Below, one piece after another: positions 40,931-54,437 of a DNA stretch of 64,000 nucleotides. The translations under genes were made by a program, and so were the position numbers. The notes below the pieces were generated by a model, which saw nothing but the letters and a program-made list of their open reading frames with translations, was not told where the DNA came from and ran no database searches. The DNA is taken from positions 160,240,099 through 160,304,098 of the forward strand of contig NC_068983.1 in the NCBI RefSeq assembly GCF_001194135.2, in the 5' to 3' direction. The stretch comes from Octopus bimaculoides (taxonomy: Eukaryota). The stretch's first letter is position 1. Every line of letters begins with the position of its first letter.

Positions 40931-42503
40931 TTCTGTACGTATTTGCTGTATACTCGTTTTATGTTGGTACAGATTTTTTCAAATGTATAACTATGATTAT
41001 TTATATATGCATCTGTGAATGTTTGATATATTTTTCCATTGATTTTGGAGGTACCCATTCTCACTTCATAGATCCAAATAATTCATGATCCAAATAATTC
41101 ATTTATATTTACTTTTCTAACTTATTTTTCATACATACATAAATGCTCACTATGTTAAAAATTCAGTTTGGTTTTCAAGCTCTTCTCTTATACGGCTTAG
41201 ATTATTGTAGAAGCTATAGCATTTGTAACTATGGTAATATATAATGATATTGCATTATTTATTCTTCTTTTTGCATGTTCTTAGTGTGTCTGTCCCTTCT
41301 GTATCTGGATTCCATTGCATTTTGCATGCATGCATGTCTATTTTGATGTAATACACTTATGTCTGAATCTCCAAGACTTTGAAAGTTAAATTTATTTACA
41401 TCTCAGTTTTGTAAGATATGGTTAAAAGTATGAAAGAAATTTTGCAATTCTGTTTATTTTTCATTTATAGATAAACATTAGCAAGCCAGAAAAAGAGAAA
41501 CGTGAGAAGTATTTTCAATTCTATGAATTATTCATTTCAATAACATTTTATTTTTACGATACATCACATTGCTATAACACAAATAAGTCTTTCAAGGGTA
41601 TGATACACATTCAATACATTCTGATTCTAGGAATAGGGGTAGAAGTTTTTCAGAGTTATTTATTAATACAAAGCTATTTTATCACATGTGTGACATAATG
41701 CCAATGGATGTTTCCTTTGCCAATCTATATAATATTATCTTTAACTGAAATGCTAGAAATTAGCAGTAGGTTTAAAATAATTGTATTTATTGATAGACCT
41801 GGTTGTAATACAGTCAGCAGCTTTAATGATATCAGTCAGTTATTTCATTTGTTCACACCATTTATGACAAGTTTGATGGATAGTAATAAATGAATTTAAA
41901 TTTCAAAATAAGAAACCACAAATAAGACAAATTTATAGATCTCTTACATACTTAAAAACTAAAATTAATTTCAAAATTTAATGTAACAAGATTATTTCAT
42001 ATATCCTTTAAATTACAACCCAGCAACTCCTTTTAATTACTAATGTAATTGTTGTTTTATACATTTGTTTTCTTATTTCTGTATTATTCTTCTAATTTCA
42101 CCTTTCCATTCTGCTCTCCATTTTTCTCTTGATGCTTTTCATGAGACCATATATGAGGTGAATGGCAGAGATATGAGAAAAGTGCTGAAGAAAAGGAGGA
42201 AGTTTAGAGAGAAAAATATTGAAAAAAGTTGAAACTTTAGAGAGATAAGGTGTGTATTGGGGTGAGAAAGAATGTGAAAGTGCAAAAAGCTGAAATAGAA
42301 TGAAAATAAATTAAAATAAATAGTAAAGTGAAGAGAAATTAGAAAATATCATGAAACACAAGAGAGTGTGAAACAATGGTTTATATATTTCTTCAATCCT
42401 TAAATCATAGATTAAAATAATTTTCTCCCTAACTTTCTGACACACATTGCTTCCAACAATTCTTAACAGTCAGCTTGTTTTTGCATTTTTTATGATAGTC
42501 CAT

Positions 42504-42538
<35 letters not shown>

Positions 42539-43138
42539 AAGAGAGAGAGAGAGAAATAGAAAGAGAGAGAGAACTGTCTGAATTTTGTTTTCTGTTATTT
42601 AGTTTCATTATAGAATAACAATAAAATGAAATGAAATAACAGAAATTTAGAAATAAAGAAAACAGTTCAGTACTTTATTTTTAGATCATTTGTATTTTTT
42701 TTTCTCTCCAATTAAGATCAAAATGAATAAAACCAATTAGTTTTGTAGCAAAATTTCGAAAATACATCGTAAGATTGGTCATAAAGCTTAATTAAAAGAA
42801 CATGGAAGCTGCTAGCTTGTGGAGCCATTTCTCAATCATTAACTCAGAATAACAGTATTTAATCTGACGAACAAATTACTACTATGGAAGAATATTGTAT
42901 TTAGAGGGAACTCAGACACAATTAGAAACTATAGTCTCTGACAGTAATTTTACATTTGTTTTTATTTATTAATGTTGATGGTGGTATGACTTGGGGCAAG
43001 AAATAATGTATATTTCAACCTTGTCTCTATTTAAAATAGGTAGTTTTTGAGATATGGAATGTGATTCTATTTTCTGTGTTTAATCAACTATTGGATAGGA
43101 TTCATCTGTGAATAAATGTCTATTGAATTTATGGTGTG

Positions 43139-43140
<2 letters not shown>

Positions 43141-43189
<49 letters not shown>
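43141..43189. repeat. Poly-T run
   Basis: Direct reading. Confidence 0.95.
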
Positions 43190-43191
<2 letters not shown>

Positions 43192-43897
43192 CATTTCATT
43201 TTTTTTTTCCTTGACACTTCAAGCATCAAGATCATAATGATGTTAGTAATGCAATATTAACAAAAAGAGTAATGAAATCAGTGATATTCGGTTGCTCCCC
43301 CCCCCGCCAACCTTACATAGCTTCTAACAATATTTGTGAAAGACAAACATAATTAAAAAAACACATGATTAGAGAGAGAGAGTTAACTGAATACTTATAC
43401 ACATAGGTATGCACATACAAACATAAGTACATACAGACATACATCATTTTTTCTATATACATATATATCATTGTTTATTCAATTGTAGTATGTAATATAT
43501 ATACATTTATATATNNNNNNNNNNNNNNNNNNNNNNNNNNNNNNNNNNNNNNNNNNNNNNNNNNNNNNNNNNNNNNNNNNNNNNNNNNNNNNNNNNNNNN
43601 NNNNNNNNNNNNNNNNNNNNNNNNNNNNNNNNNNNNNNNNNNNNNNNNNNNNNNNNNNNNNNNNNNNNNNNNNNNNNNNNNNNNNNNNNNNNNNNNNNNN
43701 NNNNNNNNNNNNNNNNNNNNNNNNNNNNNNNNNNNNNNNNNNNNNNNNNNNNNNNNNNNNNNNNNNNNNNNNNNNNNNNNNNNNNNNNNNNNNNNNNNNN
43801 NNNNNNNNNNNNNNNNNNNNNNNNNNNNNNNNNNNNNNNNNNNNNNNNNNNNNNNNNNNNNNNNNNNNNNNNNNNNNGACACACACACACACACATA

Positions 43898-44391
43898 TAC
43901 CGGGTGTTCAAAAATTAAACAGATTAAGCGTTGAATAAAGGAAATGTTTCTTAAAGTGCTACTGGATGTTTGAAAATACAGTCAAAGTGCAAAGACAGCT
44001 TAGGGAGGAGTTTCAAACAGATTCATTTATGCAACTTACCATCACTTGAATTAGAGTTTGAAGCAGATGGAACTGTTCAGAAGGTTCACAAGGAACATCC
44101 CAAAAGACCATGGATATCGACGAGCCTCACTAAACAAGGAAGGCTATTAGAAACATATTGTTAGAGTTCAAAAGAATATGTGTGGCAAGTGAGTCTCATG
44201 AGATAGAAACTTCAGAATCAAGCATCTACTGCATTTGGATGCATTGTCATTGGAAATATTACATTCTAAGTCTAGTCAATGTTCTCATTGTAGATGAACC
44301 AAATAATGGAGTTTTGTGAGTGGTGCTTGGCAAGATGTGAAGATGCACACCTTCCAAGAAAGATTGTTTGGTGTGATGAGACTATATTTAA
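43898..44391 (+). mobile_element. Tc1/mariner transposon, 5' part (TIR + HTH region + first catalytic D)
   Basis: TA-TACCGGGTGTTCAAAA terminal repeat; decayed KCYWMFEN.VKVQRQ...FEADGTVQKVH...[11 protein letters not shown]. Confidence 0.8.
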
Positions 44392-46611
44392 ACCTTTAGT
44401 GTTCAGATTAATCTGTCATGTGTAATACTTATTTGTTCACATTATTTTGAATTATTCAGGTTCAAGAGGGGTGTCCACAATATCTGTTCGTAACTTTGTT
44501 AATTTTTTACCTAGATTTGAAATTTTGTCAGTGGGTGCTTATATACTAGTGGTTTATAGTTATGTAATATTGGCTGATCTTTCTGATTAAATTTAACTTT
44601 TATGGGTATGTAAATTTAATGAACAGGTGTAAAAGCAATAACATTATGGATAAACACTAAAATTAAAATTCTTAATGCATCTTACCTGTTTGATTTGTTA
44701 CTAAAATTATCCTAGATGTCAACTGCTAACAATTTTGCCACTTTTCAAGATGAGGTACATTAATTTTAATTAAAATACAGGTATAATCGGTACAAGATTT
44801 ATTCTTTCTCCATATTTCATTCAAACATTTTCATTGAAAATAAAGTACAAAATCTATTTCACTAGTCAATATATCATTGGCTATACACTCTTATACAATT
44901 TCATGAATACATTTACATAACAGAATGCATCTAATAAACAAAGTTCATTAACAGATGAAACAAAGGTGAATACAGGTATGTAATATACTGAAAATCAATA
45001 TGTATTTCTCACTTTCACATATTATTTGTAATAAAATGAAAGGAATACATGATAGTATTACTATCAAACAACAAAATATAGTTATGCTATATTTCTATCA
45101 TGGAACTGTTCAAAGCACCCTTTACAAAAGGGTGCAAAAGAGACACTTATATGAGGTCTTGACCTGATATCTTTTTGTAGTTTTTTTTCTTTTTTGCAGT
45201 GAACACAGTCTGCAAACATTGTTCCTTCCATTTATTTTTTCCGCTTTATGGACGTCAACATTTTCTCTGTTGACACCCACCTCAGTTAATTTTGCTTTTC
45301 TCCCAGTTCTGTGCTTTCTGGAGAAAAGTCCTCATGTAACTGAGATGTGATGTTGAACCCAGGTAAAAAAAAAGTCACAGATACAAAAGCCATAGGAAAA
45401 AAACGTCACAGAAAAAAGTCACAGGAAAAAAGCCACATGCAATGTCATCATATATAAATAGTGTTGTTAATATGTACAAGTCATGTATTGCCAGTTAATA
45501 ACTGATTTAGAATATTTTCTGTTTATTACTTTAATTGTTTATGATACTTCAATAAATTGTGACTGACTTGAATATTTTTGATTGATTACCTGACTTTTTT
45601 TCCCAGACAAAACTGTGGCTTTCTCTGTGACTTTACTACCAGCCACCAGAAGTTAATTGTGACTTTTTTTTCTAGGCGAAATTGTGACTTTTTTCCTGTG
45701 ACTTTATTACCGGCCACAGCGAAGTCAACCCAAAATTTCAAATGGTTGTAGTCCTATGGTGGCAGAAGTAGCTTGTGGCTTTTTACATAAACAATATATG
45801 AATTAACTATAGTTAGACATAATGCTAGAGATATATGGATCATATACCTTATATCAGGACTCCAGTAGTTCCATAGTTAAGGAAGCTGCTTGATACCAAA
45901 CATAATATTTATAGTAAAAAAAGCTCGCATTTGCACAGTATCAGTTAGCTGCCATAGTGGATTGGGCCTTCCATGAAAAGAAATTATGCATTGAGCATAT
46001 TTATTTGTTTCTTCCATGACAGTTTCAAAAAAATTTGTGATAAAAAGAAAATAAATGGTCCAATGGTTGAGCATTGGGAGGTAGACTGTGTTGCTGACTA
46101 ATCTTTTCTGTGAAATGGGGAATTGTGGTTGATGTAGCAATCTTCAACCATGCTGCCATAATGTTTTCAATATCATTTCATCACTTTCATTTTTTTTTTT
46201 ATCACTTTCATTATCAAACTTTTCCTTGTCTGATGAAGATTCATAAATATCAATATCAGATTTGTCCAAAAACAAATCACTGTTGTTTTCATTTATATTT
46301 TGTACATCATCAAGAGTAAAACCTTCAAAGTTGGAATTGTTACTTGCTGGTGCCATATCATTAAAAGCTAAGATATACACTTCTCTTCAAACGTTGAAAA
46401 GAACCAAGAAGTCTCAAAAATTTCATGGTATTTTTACTTGAATAAAGGTGGAAAAGGCTTTATCTTGCATTATCTCAAAGCTACAAGAATTCAATAACAT
46501 GGTTTGTATATATCTTTTAGCAATTTCATTGAAGAATCAGATACGGCCAGTTTCAAAAAAATAAAGGGAAATTATTTTCAGCCAGTTTTGGCCGATCTGA
46601 ATACTAAAGGG
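44392..46611 (-). mobile_element. piggyBac element, internally deleted, inserted at TTAA
   Basis: TTAA duplication at 44388-44391 and 46612-46615; TIRs ACCTTTAGTGTTCAGAT / reverse complement CCCTTTAGTATTCAGAT; minus-strand remnants: acidic N-terminus (46144-46380), FITNFFETVMEETNKYAQ...W...MRAFFTINIMFGIKQLP (45877-46140) and C-terminal Cys-rich CRLCSLQK...KC...CKGCFEQFH (about 45100-45330). Confidence 0.9.
45359..45713. mobile_element. Foldback-type MITE nested in the piggyBac
   Basis: Left arm made of repeated aaaaaagtcacagg units starting ggtaaaaaaaaagtcacag; right arm of repeated ctgtgactttttt units ending ctgtgactttattaccgg. Confidence 0.75.
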
Positions 46612-46615
46612 TTAA

Positions 46616-47303
46616 ATTAAATAGCTCAATTAATTGCCATAATCGCATCATTGATGATCCAAAAATCAGCCTAATATGAAGGAACATCATCTTAGTTTAC
46701 CAAGAATTACAGTAACATGTGACTTGTCATCAAAAGGATTAAATGGACTGTTCTTTTTTGACAGCACTGTGATTAGTCCCATTTACTTGAATTTGCTGCA
46801 GCAATCTATTATGCCAAGCATTCAAGACGATTTGAAGATATAGAAATTTATTTTCTGTAAGATGTGGCACTACATAGAAATGTAAAGGTCTACCTTGATG
46901 AGATTTTGCCAAACAAGTGGACTGGACAGAGAGGTTCAGTAGAATACTCTCTATATTCATCAGAGTTCATGCCAATTTTTTCAAGGAGATACTTAAAAGA
47001 AAATATTTATAGTAGAAAACTGGCAACAGATAATGAATCAGAGGCAGCCATTAAATGAGGATGTGCATAAATATAAGTGAAATATTTCTTGTTGTTTGCA
47101 ATTCCATTGCTTCATGTTATCAGTAGTCCCAGACCAGAGCGATCATCAGTTTGAAAACAGGAATTCATAAACAATTGAATTCTGCCTGTAGAATCTATTA
47201 TATTTTAAGAAGGAATTGTATTTTGATAAACACTGATTTTGTAGTCATTCAATGTTTATTTACATTTTTGGGAGATACCCTCTCACTCTTTACATGTGAT
47301 TGG
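46616..47303 (+). mobile_element. Tc1/mariner transposon, 3' part (rest of DDD domain)
   Basis: Decayed LN..NCHN...EHH...[15 protein letters not shown]...[11 protein letters not shown]...HRNVKVYLDEILPNKWTGQRGSVEY...YLKENIYSRK; degenerate right TIR near 47280-47303; resembles DD41D/rosa-like elements (inference). Confidence 0.8.
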
Positions 47304-47326
47304 TAAGCAAGCTTCTTCACCACATA

Positions 47327-47378
<52 letters not shown>

Positions 47379-48369
47379 CAATATGCGTGTGCATGTGTGT
47401 ACTTATATTTTGTACAATTTTCACAGGAAACAATGACATGTACAGAAACAAACTGATTTAATTTTTTCCTCTTTTATAATTTCATTCACATTAGGATGGC
47501 TTATAGGAATACTAATTCAACACCAGAACTTGTCTGGTATTTTATTTTATCATCCCCAGCCAGGATGAAAGGCTGAGTTGGCCTCAACAGTATCTTAAAG
47601 CAGAATGTAATTAAATACCACAAGCATTTTGTCAAATACTCTAACAATTCTACCAATCTGTTCTTCATTTCAAGACTTGTTTGGTGTAAATAGAAGAAAA
47701 GGCAATATATTCAATATATTGTATGCTAGCATAGGTTAAACAGTTACATATTGTTTAGATATTCTTTTACAGCTGGATTTTCTTCCTGCTGTTAACCTAT
47801 TCCTGTTACTTTGCCAGTAATGGATTTTTCATTCAAATCATCTTTGAAAGAGCTGAGACAACTGGAATGAAAACTTCTTTATTTGAAAAACGGTTATAGC
47901 AGAAAAGGCATTCAACTGTAAACTGATCCTTCAACCATATGTGTTTGTCTTTGCCTGACTTATGCAAGCATGAAAAAATATCCTTAATGTTGTTGCTGTC
48001 ATTGTCGTTATATTTGTTATGTAGATGCAGACATCCACTACAAGACCCAGTCTGTGTTGCAATGTGGTTGTGTGGTTTGCATGCTTCAATGTTCTTGAGA
48101 GTTGTGCCAGCAGAACTCAGGGCATTCTATTTCGAACAGCTCAAAAAACAGAGGCCAGACTAAAATGGACCACCAATCCCCAGATGTAAAAAAAAGGGGT
48201 TTGCATAGGCCTAACATCCCTATCCAGAAAAAAGGCTAAGTTACAGAAGCAGTGATGACAGTTCAAAACCATCAGAATCTGAAAGAGAACAGCCCAGAGT
48301 CAAGAACAGTGAAGAAAAGTCATCGATGGCCTATGTTCCATAAGGAGTGCATGGCTCAAGTCAGTTGGA

Positions 48370-48660
48370 TATAGGCATAGCTGAGTGTTAAAGAAATACT
48401 TCACTGTCATGAGGTCTCGGGTTTTATTTTACTGCACAGCATCTTCAGTGAGTATTCATGACCAAAGTCTCCAGTCAACTCAAACTTTGTGAGTGAAACT
48501 AGACAGATGGGAACCATTATACCTGCAATTCAATGGTGCAGTCTTATCATTCAGTGTCCTATGATTCAACTTTGGAATTACTCAAAGAGTACATGTGTCT
48601 GTGGAATACTTAGTCATTTATATACTAACTCAATAAATCTGGCATCCAGTTGATTGATTA
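48370..48660 (+). mobile_element. Degenerate SINE (A-like head, D-like tail)
   Basis: ggcatagctgagtg...tttgtgagtgaa then gagtacatgtgtctgtggaatactt similar to the family D tail. Confidence 0.4.
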
Positions 48661-49640
48661 TATATAAGATATATATAAGAATTTAGAATTCTGAGTTTTA
48701 TCTCATTTTTAATTGTTCGTAAGGGTATCAATAGCAGAAACATAGCTTAATGAACAAACAGTGTGGATTGAACCACTATCTGAAAGTTCTCTTGCTAGAG
48801 CAAAAATTATCGATGGTCAGAGTAAGAACAATACTGTCATCAATCATCATTACAATTTTAATTGTTGTCATCTATTGTTATTACTTTATACATTAATGAT
48901 TGCATAATATACATATAACTTGAAAACAGCATTAAAATAATAATAAAAAGAATAATTTATTTAACTAAAATAAAACAGAATAAATATGAGGTAGCCATAT
49001 ATTGTCTCAATATTCTTTAGTTGGGTAGTCTAATAAATCATATTAATCTTCATCAAAGCTGAAAATGATAACAGAAAGAGCATATACCTTTAACTTCTGT
49101 AAACTTGCAAATTTAAATATTTCTCCAAACTAATGTATCTGATGACTTTCTAAGTAGTTGATATCTGATTTGGTAACATGAATTTTGAAAGGTTATATCA
49201 TGTCATTCTGTTGGTCAAAGTTGAAATTTATTTTGACAGGTTCACCTATCTTCAATCATATATTTATCTTCTTTCCAGAAATTAAAAAAATATAATGATA
49301 ATAGAAAATATATTTGCTCACTAGAGCTTTTCGGTTTTTTTTTTTATTTTTAATTTATTTCTTAAATAGCTTGTGTTACCAAAATATAATCAATGGAACT
49401 GAAATCTTAGATTAAATCATCTCTCAGACAAGTGAAATGTAGCTAGAGTGAGCTATCTGTATGTATCCATCTACCAAATTAAAATGAAGAAATTGTATTT
49501 AAATAGCATTTAGATATCTAGAAGTTCCTTTCTCATTGTTTAAAAATGTTAACTTTGTTATTTATGTAAATTTGAAAAGTAGATAAAAAGAAAACAGTGA
49601 ACAAGACTTGAAAGTCAGGGGAGAGTTTAGTTGAGTACAT

Positions 49641-49779
49641 CAACACCAGTGTGTAACTGGTACTTATTTCACTGACCCCAAAAGAATGAAAGGCAAAGTC
49701 AACTTCAGTGGAATTTGAACTCAGACAGACGACATGTCACTAAGCATTTTGTCTGGCATGCTAATGATTCTGCCAGCAC
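49641..49779 (-). mobile_element. SINE family B
   Basis: ctggtacttattt...gaaaggcaaagtcaacttcagtggaatttgaactcag...gctaatgattctgccagc. Confidence 0.8.
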
Positions 49780-49825
49780 AACGTCTTAGATACAGCTAAT
49801 AATGTCGTCAATTTTAGTAGCTCTG

Positions 49826-50045
49826 AAGGTGATGAGCTGGTAGAAACATTAGCATGCCGGGAGAAATGCTTAGCGGTATTTCATCCATCTTTACATTCTG
49901 AGTTCAAATTCTGCTGAGGTCAACTTTGCCTTTCATCCTTTTGAGGTCGATAAATTAAGTACCAGTTGTATACTGAGGGTCAATCTAATCGACTGGCTCC
50001 CACCCTGCCAAAATTTCGGGCCTTGTACCTAGAGTAGAAAAGAAT
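49826..50045 (+). mobile_element. SINE family B, CpG-decayed
   Basis: ggtgatgagctggtagaaacattagcatgccggg...ctgagttcaaattctgctgaggtcaac...gtagaaaagaat. Confidence 0.85.
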
Positions 50046-50382
50046 CTTAGTATTTCTGTATAGCATAAATGTTAGTATATTTTTCTAACAGGATGAAATG
50101 AAAAATTTCTGTAGGGTGATGATACTTAAGTCATAGAAAATGAAGAAAGTACCATACTAGGAAAGTAAACCTTTTATGAAACAATCTGCTTCCATTTCCA
50201 ACCTTATTTATGTCATAAAATGTCCTCAGTTAAGTCACTTTACTCTTCTAAAAACTGAAATTGATTGTTGTTCAAGAAAACTTCAATATGATGTACTTTA
50301 GAATCTTTGTTAGAATATGTGATTCTTAAAAAATTAAATTCTGTTTATTTACGTATTTAAAAATAATAATAATATTAGACAC

Positions 50383-50778
50383 AGGTGTGGCTGTGTGGTC
50401 AGAAGCTTGCTTACCAACCACATGGTTCTGGGTTCAGTCCCACTGCATGGCACCTTGGGTAAGTATCTTCTACTATAGCCTCAGGCTGACCAAAGTTTTA
50501 TGAGTGGATTTGGTAGATGGAAACTGAAAGAAGCCTGTCATATATGTGTGTGAGTGTGTGTGTGTATGCTTGTGTGTCTGTGTTTGTCCCCCACCATTGC
50601 TTGACAACCAATGCTGGTGTGTTTACATCCCTATAACTTAGCAGTTCAGCAAAAGAGACCAATAGAATAAGTACTCGGCTTGCAAAGAATAAGTTCTGGG
50701 TGCGATTTGTTTGACTAAAGGCAGTGCTCCAGCTTGGCCACAGTCAAATGATTGAAACAAATAAAAGAGTAAAAAAAA
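50383..50778 (+). mobile_element. SINE family A, full length, CpG-decayed
   Basis: ggtgtggctgtgtggtcagaagcttgcttaccaaccacatggttctgggttcagtccc...aaacaaataaaagagt. Confidence 0.9.
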
Positions 50779-50782
50779 GACT

Positions 50783-51146
50783 TATCTTTTACTTGTTTCA
50801 GTCATTAGCCTGTGGCGACCACAGTACTTATTTTTCACTCTTAAAGCCTGGTACTTATTTGATTGGTCTCTTTTGCCAAACCACTAAGTTACAGGAACAT
50901 AGACACACCAACACCAGTTGTCAAACAGTGGTGGGAGACAAACACAGACACAAAGACACGCGCTCACATGGATATACATATACATATATACAACAGGCTT
51001 CTTTCAGTTTCCATCTATCAAATCCACTCAGAAGGCTTTGGTCAGCCTGAGGCTATAGTAGAAGACACTTGCCCAAGGTGCCACACAGTGGGACTGATCC
51101 TGGAACCATGTAGTTGGGAAGCAAGCTTCTTACCATTCAGTCACAC
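50783..51146 (-). mobile_element. SINE family A, near full length, inverted relative to the previous copy
   Basis: ttttacttgtttcagtcatt...cttgcccaaggtgccacacagtgggactga...gcaagcttcttacc. Confidence 0.9.
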
Positions 51147-53152
51147 ATTTTGACTTAACACATGGTTCTTACCGCACAGCCATGACAAAAAGTAAATTGC
51201 TGCTTTAAAATGTAAGACTATTTTTATCAGTAATTATGCATGGCACCACTCATGATACAAGCCATTTCATATATGTCAATCATATTAGTTGAATCAATAA
51301 TGACATATCCTCATTTACTAAGGCCTCTCTCAAAGCACTCTTCACATTAGTAAAAATTCTCATCATACACTGTATGGTGTAATGTGTGATTTACTTCAGT
51401 CACTTCTTCTCAAAGGATAGCAACATTCTGAATGAGAAAGTATATGATCTATCAATACTACATCTCAGAACCAAAACATGTGGTCATAGTCTACATTAAT
51501 CCCAAACTGTCTTTCATAGTATATACAAATATGATTGCATAAGCATATTTGATTATAGTATTAGTATAACTAAGCAGTTTGTTTCACTACTGTCTATTTC
51601 TAAATCTGAACACTTGAACACACAACTACTGCGTGAATTTCCTGAAACCAATGAGAAAAGGTCATATAAAAGAAAATATCAGGGACAATTTTTGCTTTTT
51701 GTGAATCAATCAATATTTAATTTATTTCGTGCCAGCATAGCAAAAAGTATCAGTTGCATAACTTCTCATATTGAAATATTTTCACCCATATCTGACTTGG
51801 TCTATTTCTTTCAAAGCAGATTAATTTATATATGTCTTAGACTGGAGAATGGCCAGTGACCACTGAACTTTCTAAACCTTTTGAGACTAGAGGGAATGTA
51901 AGAAAAAAGAAATAGTTACAACAAGCTATCAAACCAGATTTCAGCTATACAGATCATCATCAACTCACCTTCTACAATAAGGTGTTCAACAACTTTTCAC
52001 AGCTCACAGTAAATCTCTATTCTGCTACTGGAACGATTTTGAAATAAGCAAAATTTCCTTTAAAGAAATATATTCTGGCCATTTAGCAAGTATAGTTTAC
52101 ATGTTCTATCTATTAGAACTAACAGAGAATATTTGTTATATGTGATAAGATTGAATGATGCAAACTGGTTGAAAACTTATTATAATCTGTAAGTTGATAA
52201 GAAACTTGGAAGTGATATACAAAAGGAAACTTAGAACTGCATCAATTGGCTTCTCAGATAATTAAGCTTTGGTCAGGAAGAGACAAGCAATCACAAAGTG
52301 GAGATGCATAGATAGATATAAGCAAAGGAAACACGATGACAATGACGACGATGATGATGATGATGATGATGATGATGGAAACTAGAAGAATGAAGAGGAA
52401 GGAGAGCATAAAACTGATAAGGAAGAGGAGGATGTTGCAGAACATTTCTGATATTTTTTTATGTTACACTAAAGCCTCAAAATCAATACCAATGAAAAAG
52501 ATCAAATCTTTATGGCCTGTTTCATTGATTTGGGAGGACGGTTTACAATTTCTTCAGAGGCAACGACAAGTAAAGCAGATGAAAAAATGGTCCGCTAGTA
52601 GAATTGAACTCAAGAAGTATAAATATATGTATCAGAGTATTAAACTCCATTTCCAGTGTGACTGATTCTATACAATGTTTTTATCTACCCTTCATTTCCC
52701 ATTCATTCTATGCTGCTTGATATTGTTCATATTGCATTTTCGCCAGAAATTATGTGTATGTGTGTGTGTGTATGTATGTGTGTGTGTGTATGTATGTCTG
52801 TGTGTGTATCTGTGTATAGTTTTATATATATGTGTATGTCTGTGTGTATTTATACATACACACACATATATATANNNNNNNNNNNNNNNNNNNNNNNNNN
52901 NNNNNNNNNNNNNNNNNNNNNNNNNNNNNNNNNNTATGTATATATATATATATATATATCCATCTATCTCTCCTCATAATTTTTCCTCTCATCCCTTTCT
53001 GTCAAAGAGCATAGGCTCAAAATGTCGAATATTTTTCCACTTTTCCCGGGCATCAAGCTAATACACCTGCTTGTTGTTCCCTCAGTTGAATGTCTTTTGC
53101 CTTCTGCATTTTTGAGCTATATGGGTGTGTGTGGACATAAATATAATAGATG

Positions 53153-53185
<33 letters not shown>

Positions 53186-53408
53186 TACCAAAGCAATTCT
53201 TCATATGTTACAATTTTTCATTGAGTTCCTTTTTTCTTTACCAGTTTTTTCCTTTCGCTCTTTTTCTAATCTTTCATCTCTTCTCTTTCTGATTAAGGAC
53301 TAATATTCAAACCCCCAAAACACCTCTTTGTCTCCAAGTTTTAACCTAATACCAATAAACATTTATCTTGTCTCTTTTGTTATTTCCATCACATGTATAT
53401 ATGTCTGT

Positions 53409-53471
<63 letters not shown>

Positions 53472-53532
53472 TTGTAAGGGTAGCAATATAATGTATTCCT
53501 AATGCAACACTCAATGCAAACTTCTAGCTATG

Positions 53533-53717
53533 TACAAGAGGGTGCTGAAAAGTTCCTGGCTTTGGGTAAAAGAAAATACAGAAGGATCGATTATGATTTT
53601 ATCTAACATGCTCCCCTCTCAGTTTTTGCAGTGGCCCTTCAGTTTTTCTAAGCCCTGTAAAAGAACTCAGAAGGTTGAGACACCAGCCAGACCTTTCATT
53701 CCTTAAAGCCAGGAACT
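53533..53717. mobile_element. mariner-type MITE remnant
   Basis: Left end tacaagagggtgctgaaaagttcctggcttt; right end aaagccaggaact is its partial reverse complement. Confidence 0.6.
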
Positions 53718-54437
53718 GTGCGAATTTGCTTTTTGTCCATGTTGTATTCAAAAAGAAAAAGAGTAACATGATTAGATAGAGCAAAAAGCGGCCTTTAAAA
53801 TGATTATAAAGTCAAAGTAATTTAACGAAAATACATCATTTAAAATCAAAATTAAAAATTCCGCAAGAACTTTCTTGACACTCTAATATATATATATATA
53901 CTATCTTTATTATCTTTATTATTATCTTTATTGTATTATCTTTATCTTATGATATTTACTTTGTTTTATATTATACTCATTTATTGTGCTTTTAATTGTT
54001 AATTTTTCTATATGTGATAGTGGATTTTCNNNNNNNNNNNNNNNNNNNNNNNNNNNNNNNNNNNNNNNNNNNNNNNNNNNNNNNNNNNNNNNNNNNNNNN
54101 NNNNNNNNNNNNNNNNNNNNNNNNNNNNNNNNNNNNNNNNNNNNNNNNNNNNNNNNNNNNNNNNNNNNNNNNNNNNNNNNNNNNNNNNNNNNNNNNNNNN
54201 NNNNNNNNNNNNNNNNNNNNNNNNNNNNNNNNNNNNNNNNNNNNNNNNNNNNNNNNNNNNNNNNNNNNNNNNNNNNNNNNNNNNNNNNNNNNNNNNNNNN
54301 NNNNNNNNNNNNNNNNNNNNNNNNNNNNNNNNNNNNNNNNNNNNNNNNNNNNNNNNNNNNNNNNNNNNNNNNNNNNNNNNNNNNNNNNNNNNNNNNNNNN
54401 NNNNNNNNNNNNNNNNNNNNNNNNNNNNNNNNNNNNN

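Noticed and set aside
42792-42863. Possible phase-0 terminal exon IKYCYSELMIEKWLHKLAASMFF* on the minus strand near the CpG boundary
   Set aside because: Short, with a modest acceptor and no independent support; kept only as a site to check in RNA-seq
44660-44730. Strong minus-strand donor CAG|GTAAGA
   Set aside because: Lies inside the piggyBac non-coding end; no evidence of exonisation
51968-52060. Perfect minus-strand donor AAG|GTGAGT
   Set aside because: All frames upstream contain stops before any good acceptor; at most a non-coding exon
52336-52665. 109-aa ORF and a CpG-containing patch at 52.5 kb
   Set aside because: Starts in a (GAT)n microsatellite; several competing short frames, none with both good splice sites
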